This document shows, one piece after another, positions 8,269 to 16,017 of a DNA stretch of 20,461 nucleotides (within the stretch, counting starts at the first letter, position 1; every line of letters starts with the position of its first letter). Below the pieces are notes generated by a model. It made no database searches and was not told the origin of the DNA. It saw only the letters and a program-made list of their open reading frames with translations. The translations under genes were made by a program, and so were the position numbers. The stretch comes from Campylobacterota bacterium. Lineage in GTDB: Bacteria > Campylobacterota > Campylobacteria > Campylobacterales > Arcobacteraceae. The stretch lies in the NCBI GenBank assembly GCA_051746405.1, contig JBNJFB010000042.1, forward strand, positions 1 to 20,461. The letters run 5' to 3'.

Positions 8269-8697
8269 TTAGTTAAAAGTGGTATTGCCACGCACCTTTT
8301 CAAAATCTTCAAACTCTTCATCATAAAAGCAACCTAACTGACAATGGGTTACTTTCAAGTCGGAGTTTTTTATTGAAGCTCCTACTTTCTTAAGAGTCGA
8401 GCCTTTTTCTTGGGCTAACTTCCACGCTATTTCACACTGTACTTTTTTATTCTCTTTTGAGTTATTTGATAGTTTATTATATATTGTATCAATTCTATTA
8501 GTAAACTGTAGTTTGCCAAAAACACCAAGCTCACAGTTTGTGATTTTTATATCCAAATCTTTTGTAATTTGTGCCATATGTTTTGGTTTTATTCCCATCA
8601 TTTTAGCTGCTTTAAAAGCTTTTATACATGATAGTTCACCATGTTCATTTAGGTTATTAAATATTAACTGTTTTTGTGTTGCATCTAGATTTATCAT
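8269..8697 (-). CDS. Hypothetical protein of two tandem ~45-aa Cys-containing repeats
   Basis: Repeat 1: LSCIKAFKAAK...IKITNCELGVF. Repeat 2: VQCEIAWKLAQ...LKVTHCQLGCF. Confidence 0.75.
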   Translation of the reverse strand: MINLDATQKQLIFNNLNEHGELSCIKAFKAAKMMGIKPKHMAQITKDLDIKITNCELGVFGKLQFTNRIDTIYNKLSNNSKENKKVQCEIAWKLAQEKGSTLKKVGASIKNSDLKVTHCQLGCFYDEEFEDFEKVRGNTTFN

Positions 8698-8759
8698 AAG
8701 AGATAATAATCCTTCTATAAATTTTTGTATAATTATAAAGTATTAAGCTTATATTGAAA

Positions 8760-8878
8760 TTATACAAGTGTTTGTGTAGGGGGAACACAAACACTATATT
8801 TTAACTTGTATATTGTTACGTAGGAGAGTTTAAGTTAAAAAAACTTCATCAAAATTAAGTAGTATCTACTTAACCGAT
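8760..8878 (-). ncRNA. Candidate small RNA (or structured leader) with three hairpins and C-rich anti-SD loops
   Basis: Perfect stems at 8855-8873 (8 bp), 8799-8840 (9 bp, loop contains CUCUCCU) and 8767-8795 (11 bp, loop UCCCCCU). Minus-strand TATAAT at 8890-8885. No long ORF in the region. Confidence 0.55.
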
Positions 8879-8884
8879 AAAACA

Positions 8885-8928
8885 ATTATAAGGTATTAGT
8901 ATTAACATATTTTTAACGTATAGTTAAC
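8885..8928 (-). promoter_or_regulatory. Minus-strand -10 box plus three TTAAC/GTTAA direct repeats at 11-bp period
   Basis: ATTATA at 8885-8890 on the + strand; TTAAC at 8902, 8913 and 8924. Confidence 0.55.
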
Positions 8929-8954
8929 AAATAGTAAATAGGAGTTAAAATATC

Positions 8955-11414
8955 CTATTTACCTAGTGGTTTAAAGTGTATTAAAAGTCGTGGAAGTAAA
9001 AGTAGAGCGGATGTTAGTATAGTAGCCATTACAATTACTGTTAATAGTCCAAAGTAAATAGTAGGAACTAAGTTTGATAAAACTAAAATAGAGAAACCTA
9101 CAATAACCACAAAAGATGTATATGTCATAGCATAACCTATGCTTTTATGGGTTCTTTTCATACTTCGTTCATAGTTGTTATCATGTCTAAACTCTTCTTT
9201 AAATCTATGAATATAGTGTATAGTATCATCTACCCCAATTCCTATGGATATAGCTGCAATTGTAATAGTCATAATATCAAGTGGTATCCCAAGCCATCCC
9301 ATTATTCCAAATACTATAGATATAGGTACAAGGTTTGAAACAATTGCTATAATTGCAATTTTAAGTGACCTAAATATCAATAAAAACATAATAAATATAA
9401 TACCTACAACAAACCCTAAAGTCTTTATTTGTGAGTCAAAAAGTGATTGAAGCATATTATTATATAAAACCATTAGGTTTGATAATCTAAATGATGTATA
9501 ATCATTTTCAATCATTTTAGATAAATCAGTTTCAATCTTTTCTAAAAGCTCATTTCTTCTTAAATCTGGATTTGAATCATTTATTCTAACCGTTACTCTT
9601 GCTTCATTTTGGCTTATATTTATATAAGGAGTTAGGATGATATCTTTGTATTCTTGTGGTAGTTTATTGTAAAGTAAAGCTAAAGTAACACTATCAAGGG
9701 GTTCACCACCATTTAGAAGTTTTCCAAGCTTAAGTGTTGTTGCTAGTGATTGTACTTTGCCCACAGTATCCAAAGAGTCTAAGTAGTTATGAACCTTTGT
9801 TATAGTATCAAGTTTATCTTGTGTAAACCAGTACTGTTCTTCATTTTTTGCTGATGCAAACTCATCTTCAAAAGAACTAAAATCACCAAAGCTATCATCA
9901 CTTGACTGCTTTTCTTGCTTCTTTGTCTCTATAGTTTTATCTTTAAAGTTTATAATAACATCTAAGGGTGTTGTACCACCTAGTTTTTCATCTATTACTT
10001 TCATACCCTTATAAATCTGAGTATCTTTTTTAAAATAGTTTATAAAGCTATTTTCAACTATAAGTTTTGATGAACCTGTAAGAGCAAATATCACAAGTAT
10101 AATACTTACAAAAAATATTGCAAATTTTCTTTTAAGTACAATGTTTATACACAACTGTATAAGTGAAAAATCTGTTTTAAGCTCCTTTGATTTTTGATTT
10201 TTTAGAAGAATTAAAATTGCAGGAAAAATCACAAAGGAGATGATTAATGATATTGCAATACCAGCACTCATCATAAGTCCAAGATTTATTACAGGTTTTA
10301 TATTTGAAAAAATAAGCGAACTAAACCCAACTATTGTGGTTAAAATAGCAAAAAATGAGGGTGAGATTTTTGATAATATTGTATTTAGTGTTAATTTATA
10401 GTTGTTTGAGTTTGGATATTTATCCTCTAACTCTTTAAATCTTACTATTAAGTGTAGAACTATTGATAGTGTTATTATCAATTGAAGTGAGATAAAGTTG
10501 GAAGATATTACAGTGACTTTTAGGTTTAAAAGTCCTAAAATCCCAGTTGTTGATACCACAGAGAGTAAACAGATAAATAAAGGTAAAACTACCCATCTTA
10601 ATTTTCTAAAAATTATCCATAAAATTAGTGTTAAAAGAATGATTAATGAACTACCATATATAATCAAATCACTTTTGATATATCCTATGATGTCATTAGC
10701 TATCATACTAACACCACCTAAAAATAGCTTACCGTATGATTCATGCTGTTTTATAACTTCTCTTATTTGTGCTATATATTCGCTTTGTAAATCTTTTTGT
10801 AGTTTTGTATACTGTCTTATCTCTTCTTGTATTGTTTCAAGTTTTTTTTCATCATTCTGTTTTTTATAGAGTCTTCTTTTCTCTACTAACTCTTGATATT
10901 TTTTATTCTCTTTTAGGTTTAAAACTATTGCAGTGGTGGTAAAATCTTTACTTACTAAGTTATTTGTATAAAGTTCTGAGTTTAAAAACTCTTTTTTTAC
11001 AAGCTTCTTATCAAAGCTTCCATCTTCTAGCGTTTTAACCCCATCAACAATACTACTAAGTGGTTTTATTGGTGATTGAAATAAAGGAACATTTAAAATT
11101 GAAGTGATACTATTTATCTCATCTATTTTCAAAAACTCTTCACTCATACTTCTTATAGTATTTAAACTCTCTTGTGAAAGTAGCTTTTTGTTTGGTGTAA
11201 ATGCTACTATCAAAAAATCAGGGTTGTGATAGGTTTTATTAACTTCTCTATAAAACTGTAAATCTTGGTCATTTTCTAAAAGTAGGGTTTCAGCAGATGC
11301 ATCTATTTCAAGTTTTGTACTATAAAAACCCAAAATACCAATAGCAATTAACGTAAGTGCGATAACTGCTATTGGAAATTTGAAGACTATCTTGTCATAA
11401 ATTTTTTTAATCAT
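8955..11414 (-). CDS. MMPL/RND-family lipid exporter (HpnN-like); alternative TTG start at 11417
   Basis: ~820 aa with two TM-periplasmic-5TM halves, GIGVDDTIHY proton-relay motif, FAILTTIVGFSSL. Overlaps the mlaC stop. Confidence 0.9.
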   Translation of the reverse strand: MIKKIYDKIVFKFPIAVIALTLIAIGILGFYSTKLEIDASAETLLLENDQDLQFYREVNKTYHNPDFLIVAFTPNKKLLSQESLNTIRSMSEEFLKIDEINSITSILNVPLFQSPIKPLSSIVDGVKTLEDGSFDKKLVKKEFLNSELYTNNLVSKDFTTTAIVLNLKENKKYQELVEKRRLYKKQNDEKKLETIQEEIRQYTKLQKDLQSEYIAQIREVIKQHESYGKLFLGGVSMIANDIIGYIKSDLIIYGSSLIILLTLILWIIFRKLRWVVLPLFICLLSVVSTTGILGLLNLKVTVISSNFISLQLIITLSIVLHLIVRFKELEDKYPNSNNYKLTLNTILSKISPSFFAILTTIVGFSSLIFSNIKPVINLGLMMSAGIAISLIISFVIFPAILILLKNQKSKELKTDFSLIQLCINIVLKRKFAIFFVSIILVIFALTGSSKLIVENSFINYFKKDTQIYKGMKVIDEKLGGTTPLDVIINFKDKTIETKKQEKQSSDDSFGDFSSFEDEFASAKNEEQYWFTQDKLDTITKVHNYLDSLDTVGKVQSLATTLKLGKLLNGGEPLDSVTLALLYNKLPQEYKDIILTPYINISQNEARVTVRINDSNPDLRRNELLEKIETDLSKMIENDYTSFRLSNLMVLYNNMLQSLFDSQIKTLGFVVGIIFIMFLLIFRSLKIAIIAIVSNLVPISIVFGIMGWLGIPLDIMTITIAAISIGIGVDDTIHYIHRFKEEFRHDNNYERSMKRTHKSIGYAMTYTSFVVIVGFSILVLSNLVPTIYFGLLTVIVMATILTSALLLLPRLLIHFKPLGK

Positions 11415-11997
11415 CAATTATATTTTTTTCTTCTAATAACTTTAATAATTCATCAAAGGTTTTATTTTTTAAAATACCCTCAAACTGGCTTTTATGTGTT
11501 TTTATAATACTAACTCCAAGTAAATCCACATCATATATCAACCAATTGTTATTTTTATTGTAAAAATTATAGTTTACTTTGTAAGTTTCATCTTTTGCTA
11601 CTATTTTTGTTTGAAGTTGAAGTCTTGTGTTTTTGTATGGCACTAAATCAACGATATTGATATCTTGATTATTGTATAACTCTAATTTATCAAGGTATGA
11701 GTCTTTTAATCTTTTTTCGAAAAGATTAAGATATCTTTCTTGTTGTTGTTTAGTTGCACTTACCCAAGCACTCTTTCCTAAAGAGATTTTTGCCATTAGC
11801 TCATAATCAAAAATCTCATCAAAAAGTCTAAATAACTCCTTTGCTCTTTGCTCCTTGGGCATATTTTCATCTTTTAATAAAGCTATGGCTTTATCCACTT
11901 TTTTTTCCATAGTCTCTTTTATATTCTCTTTTTGTAATGCATTTGCAATATTAAAAGTTAGCAAAGCTACTACTAATATTTTTAAAAATCTGTTCAT
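11407..11997 (-). CDS. mlaC: MlaC/Ttg2D-family periplasmic phospholipid-binding protein
   Basis: Signal peptide ending ANA; FDYELMAKISLG..W; WLIYDVDLLGVSIIKTHKSQF. Confidence 0.88.
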   Translation of the reverse strand: MNRFLKILVVALLTFNIANALQKENIKETMEKKVDKAIALLKDENMPKEQRAKELFRLFDEIFDYELMAKISLGKSAWVSATKQQQERYLNLFEKRLKDSYLDKLELYNNQDINIVDLVPYKNTRLQLQTKIVAKDETYKVNYNFYNKNNNWLIYDVDLLGVSIIKTHKSQFEGILKNKTFDELLKLLEEKNIIDD

Positions 11998-12002
11998 GTT
12001 TA

Positions 12003-12740
12003 TTATTCCTTAATCTGTTTTTTTCTTCTTTGCTCGTAAGCATCTCTTAAAAATGGGTATAGTTGTATTGCATCGTTTTTGATACTCTCATACTGTCCTT
12101 TATTTAATGACACTTTATTTACTCTATTATATGTACTTATTCCAAATGATTGGGCTTGATTATTTGGTATTTTATATCCTATATCACTTTGTCCAGTAGT
12201 TGAAGTTGCTCCTATATAAGAATCAGGTACAATAGATATCATATCTCTTAGGTTTGATGGTCCTAAAAAAGGTAAAACTATATGAAATCCACTACCAACT
12301 CCATAGTGTCCTAATGTTTGTCCAAAGTCTTCATCATATCTTTGAAGTTTTAGTTCATCTTGTGCAGGGGTTAAAATACCACCAATACCCCAAATTGTAT
12401 TTACTGTAAAGCTTGCAAGTTCAACAGAAGCCTCTTTGAGTTTTAGTTGTAGTATATTATTTACAAATCTAATGGGAAATGCAAGATTAGTAAAGAAGTT
12501 TGAAACTCCTACTCTCATTGGTTCAGGTAATATATAGCTATAACCATCGGCTACGGGGTTTACTGCATTTATAATAACAAAGTCATTAAAACTTGTCATA
12601 GCTTTGTTGTATCCACTAAGTGGGTCAAAAATATCTTTTTGTTTTTTTGTTTTAAACTCTTCATTGAAATCAGAAAAATCATCTGCAAATAGGCTTGATA
12701 TAGAAAAACCTAATAGAGTAAGAAAAATAATTTTCTTCAA
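12003..12740 (-). CDS. mlaA: MlaA/VacJ-family outer-membrane lipid asymmetry protein (TTG start)
   Basis: DPLSGYNKAMTSFND, VSNFFTNL, EDFGQTLGHYGVGSG..IVLPFLGPSNLRD, YPFLRDAYEQRR; AAGGGA SD. Confidence 0.92.
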   Translation of the reverse strand: MKKIIFLTLLGFSISSLFADDFSDFNEEFKTKKQKDIFDPLSGYNKAMTSFNDFVIINAVNPVADGYSYILPEPMRVGVSNFFTNLAFPIRFVNNILQLKLKEASVELASFTVNTIWGIGGILTPAQDELKLQRYDEDFGQTLGHYGVGSGFHIVLPFLGPSNLRDMISIVPDSYIGATSTTGQSDIGYKIPNNQAQSFGISTYNRVNKVSLNKGQYESIKNDAIQLYPFLRDAYEQRRKKQIKE

Positions 12741-12811
12741 AATATCCCTTTACTTTTTAATTTTATTGATATTATATATAAAAAATGAATAAAAATAGTT
12801 GAAACAAATAA

Positions 12812-13684
12812 TTAATTTAGTTTATTTAAGATTTCTATAGCTTGAAGTGGGTCAACTTGTATAGAGTTTATTCTAAAAGCAAAGTGTAGATGTGGGCCTG
12901 TAACTCTTCCTGATTTACCACTAAGTCCAATAGTTTGATTTTTTTTTACAAGCTGGTTTTTTTTTACATTAATTTTATCTAAGTGATAATAACAAGAGTA
13001 AACACCATGCCCATGGTCAATAACAACTGAGTTTCCAGCATAAAATCTATGTTTTGCTAACTTTACAACCCCGCTATTAGAAGCTACTATTTTAGTTCCA
13101 ACTTTTGCTCTATAGTCTGTACCACTATGGTAGGATTTTAGTTTGTTGTTATATACTCTTTTTGTTCCAAACTTACTTGTGATTTTAGTATCTAAAGGAT
13201 ATATAAAGTCGTCTTGCCAATAGATTTTATTTGTAACTGTATTGTAAAGCTTCATAGCATTTTTATACTCTTTTTTTGTTCTTTTTTTATTTTTTTTACT
13301 AAGGCTAACCTTTGAACCACTTACTGTAATTTGTTCACTATCATAATCTCCATTTTTTACACTTAGATATATTGAATCAAATATTTTTTGGTCTTTGTGT
13401 AAATAAGATATTATGATTTTGTATCTATTTGCTTTTGTATAGTATGAAGCAGGTACTAAAGCATAAAAGCTATTTTTTAAAAAAGGATTTTTAAAAAAGT
13501 CTATATTTATCTTTTTATCTTTTAGTACAGTTAGTTTAGGATTTTTTATCTCTTTTTTACTTTCTAGTATCAATAAAGCGGTTTGTGCATTTGCGATATT
13601 GTTATTTTTAAAGTAAAGCTTTATATCTTTTGCTAAAACAGTACAAAAAAGTAAACTCATTATTATTAGTATTCTATAAATCAT
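12812..13684 (-). CDS. M23-family (LytM) peptidoglycan endopeptidase
   Basis: Signal peptide; HSGTD (HxxxD), YYHL and GRVTGPHLHF (HxH) zinc motifs. Confidence 0.9.
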   Translation of the reverse strand: MIYRILIIMSLLFCTVLAKDIKLYFKNNNIANAQTALLILESKKEIKNPKLTVLKDKKINIDFFKNPFLKNSFYALVPASYYTKANRYKIIISYLHKDQKIFDSIYLSVKNGDYDSEQITVSGSKVSLSKKNKKRTKKEYKNAMKLYNTVTNKIYWQDDFIYPLDTKITSKFGTKRVYNNKLKSYHSGTDYRAKVGTKIVASNSGVVKLAKHRFYAGNSVVIDHGHGVYSCYYHLDKINVKKNQLVKKNQTIGLSGKSGRVTGPHLHFAFRINSIQVDPLQAIEILNKLN

Positions 13685-13690
13685 ATTTGC

Positions 13691-13698
13691 ATTATAGC
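13691..13698 (-). promoter_or_regulatory. -10 box placed for leaderless transcription of the M23 gene
   Basis: Minus strand reads GCTATAAT-GCAAAT-ATG; no SD fits between the -10 and the ATG. Confidence 0.6.
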
Positions 13699-13769
13699 CT
13701 ATAGTGTATGAATAATTACTTTCTTATGACTCTTTTGATATGATTACAAAAAAAATTCTGGAGTATTTT

Positions 13770-14480
13770 ATGGGTAGAGCCTTTGAGTATAGAAAAGCAG
13801 CTAAAATGAAAAGATGGGGAGCGATGTCAAGAATTTTCCCTAAACTTGCAAAAGGAATCGAGATTGCAGCTAAAGCAGGTGGTGATGACCCTGAGATGAA
13901 TCCTGCATTAAGAACAGCTATACTAAACGCAAAAGCACAAAACTTACCTAAGGCAAATATTGAAGCCGCTATTAAAAGAGCCACAGGAAAAGATGCTAAA
14001 AACTATACAGATGTTAACTTTGAGGGTAAGGGACCTCATGGAGCTTTAATCTTTGTTGAGTGTGCAACAGACAACAACACAAGAACAGTTGCAAATGTAA
14101 AAATGCTTTTTAATAAAAATGGAGGTCAAGTTGTACCAACTGGGTCTTTAGAGTTTATGTTTGATAGAAAAGCAATTTTTGAGTTTGAAAAAACTGATGA
14201 TATGGATTTAGAAGAGCTTGAATTAGAGCTTATTGATTCAGGTTTAGAAGAGCTTGAAGAGGATGATGGTATAGTAATAGCATTTGCTGATTTTGTGGAT
14301 TTTGGAAATATGAGTACAAAGTTTGAAGAGTTAGGTGTGGAGCTTAAAAAAGCAGAGTTGAAAAGAGTACCAAATGATCCAAAAGAGTTTAGTGAACAAC
14401 AGCAAGAAGAGGTAGGAAAACTACTTGAAAAGCTTGAAGATGATGATGATGTTCAAGCTGTATTTACAAATATGGCTTAA
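13770..14480 (+). CDS. yebC: YebC/PmpR-family protein (start moved from 13740)
   Basis: Canonical MGRAFEYRK N-terminus, GGDDPEMNPALR, ATDNNTRT, LEDDDDVQAVFTN; GGAG at 13760-13763. Confidence 0.95.
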   Translation: MGRAFEYRKAAKMKRWGAMSRIFPKLAKGIEIAAKAGGDDPEMNPALRTAILNAKAQNLPKANIEAAIKRATGKDAKNYTDVNFEGKGPHGALIFVECATDNNTRTVANVKMLFNKNGGQVVPTGSLEFMFDRKAIFEFEKTDDMDLEELELELIDSGLEELEEDDGIVIAFADFVDFGNMSTKFEELGVELKKAELKRVPNDPKEFSEQQQEEVGKLLEKLEDDDDVQAVFTNMA

Positions 14481-14486
14481 AAGCCT

Positions 14487-14522
14487 AAAAGATTAAAAAA
14501 ACTTAAGTTTTTTTAATCTTTT
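14487..14522. terminator. 36-bp perfect palindrome at the convergent yebC / M48 junction (possible bidirectional terminator)
   Basis: AAAAGATTAAAAAAACTT|AAGTTTTTTTAATCTTTT with no spacer. The terminator role is inferred. Confidence 0.5.
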
Positions 14523-15261
14523 TTATTAGTTTTATCAAGTTTTCTATTCTTGTTTTATTACTTGGGTGAGTTGATAAAAACTCTATGGACTCTTTTGAAC
14601 TTTTACTCATATTTTCCCAAAATTTCACAGCCTCATCTAAATCATAACCAGCTTTTGCCATAAGATAAATACCTATTTCATCGGCTTCACTCTCTTGTAA
14701 TCTACTATATGGAAGCATAATAGCTAGATTTGTTCCCACTCCATAAGCCTGATTGAAAATATTTGTATATTCAGGTGCAGCAGTTTGAAGTACAATATTT
14801 CCCACAGCTTGTACTCCTTGTTGAAGCATTGCAGAGCTTACTCTCTCAGCGCCATGCCTTGCTAGTGCATGAGCTACCTCATGGGCTATTACAGTTGCAA
14901 GTTGGTCTTCATTTTTTGCTATTTTTAAAATACCTGTATAAACTACAACCTTACCACCTGGCAAACAAAAAGCATTTATTTCATCATTTTTTACTAGGTT
15001 AAACTCCCAGTTGAAACTTGGTTTATTAGCTACATTTGCAATTTTCTTACCTACTTGTTTAACTAAGTTTGCATCTTTTGTATTTTTTATTACCTCTTCT
15101 TTTTTTAAAACTTCATTGTAAGACTTTTCTCCTAAACTCAACTCCTCTTTTTGTGACATAAAAATCATTTGTGACCTATTTGTATAAGGTGTTTTTTGAG
15201 TACAACCAACAATAAAAGATAGAGTTAGTACTAATAATACTATTTTTTTTAAGATATGCAT
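14503..15261 (-). CDS. M48-family zinc metallopeptidase lipoprotein
   Basis: Lipobox IVGC; NAFCLPGG, HEVAH (HExxH), SRLQESEAD, FLSTHP; AGGAG SD. Confidence 0.92.
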   Translation of the reverse strand: MHILKKIVLLVLTLSFIVGCTQKTPYTNRSQMIFMSQKEELSLGEKSYNEVLKKEEVIKNTKDANLVKQVGKKIANVANKPSFNWEFNLVKNDEINAFCLPGGKVVVYTGILKIAKNEDQLATVIAHEVAHALARHGAERVSSAMLQQGVQAVGNIVLQTAAPEYTNIFNQAYGVGTNLAIMLPYSRLQESEADEIGIYLMAKAGYDLDEAVKFWENMSKSSKESIEFLSTHPSNKTRIENLIKLIKKIKKT

Positions 15262-15284
15262 TTTTACTCCTGCTAAAATCTCTA

Positions 15285-15725
15285 TTATAGTTTTATAACA
15301 TAAACTCCCTCAAACTTTACACATATTTCATCATTTTCTATGATATTTGATTCTATTTTTATTGATGCGGTTTTTTTATCTTCAAGCTTTGCTTTTAAAC
15401 TATTGATATCTTTTATTGATGGTTTTTTAGTAATACAATAGATATCTTTGGTAACAGGTCTTTTATAGCTTGTGTTATTTTTAATAATAGCAATATTTTT
15501 ACTATCATATCCCAACTCTTTACTTATTAAATAACACATACTCCAAGCTGAAATAATTGTAATAGTACTTAAACTTCCACCAAAAGCAGTCCCTTTATCA
15601 TTGATATTTATATCAAGTGGTGCTGTTGTAATCAAAGAAGAGTCACTATACTCTTTAATATGTAGTTTCATAAGTTTTGTTAGTGGTATTTCACTATATA
15701 ACTTTTTTTGTAAAATCTCTTCCAA
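15285..15725 (-). CDS. YiiD C-terminal-type hotdog-fold thioesterase domain protein (TTG start)
   Basis: IPLTKLM, APLDINI, NDKGTAFGGSL, YKRPV; AGGA SD upstream. Confidence 0.85.
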   Translation of the reverse strand: MEEILQKKLYSEIPLTKLMKLHIKEYSDSSLITTAPLDININDKGTAFGGSLSTITIISAWSMCYLISKELGYDSKNIAIIKNNTSYKRPVTKDIYCITKKPSIKDINSLKAKLEDKKTASIKIESNIIENDEICVKFEGVYVIKL

Positions 15726-15973
15726 TTTGTTGTCCTATTTAAAAATTTATATTACCTAAACTATTTTTATCATATTTGAAATTAAAATATCAAGTTTATA
15801 AAGTACAAAAACTGTACAATCTATAAAAATAGATAAAATATATAAATACTAGTAATAACCTGTGATAGAGTGGTCATTAGCAGATAAATAGCAAAATAGA
15901 TGTAACTTTTGTTTACATAATTAAAACTTGTACACTCAATTACAATTTTTGTACATACTAATTTTTTTGTTTA

Positions 15974-16010
15974 TGTTATAATATCATAAACTTTTTAAAT
16001 CAAATAGGAG
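15974..16010 (+). promoter_or_regulatory. acnB extended -10 promoter and SD
   Basis: TG-T-TATAAT at 15974-15982; AGGAG at 16006-16010. Confidence 0.7.
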
Positions 16011-16017
16011 ATAATAT

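Noticed and set aside
8269..8697. Calling this protein ModE or a defined transcription factor
   Set aside because: No molybdate-binding TOBE domain or other diagnostic motif is visible.
8835..8849. Minus-strand micro-ORF MKFF* in the candidate RNA as an attenuator peptide
   Set aside because: No SD, only four codons, and no Phe-related gene downstream.
8876..8927. Fur box (GATAA...ATTAT) or NssR/FNR-type box (TTAAC-N4-GTTAA)
   Set aside because: Spacing is wrong for both: the dyad here is N5. The 11-bp direct-repeat reading fits better.
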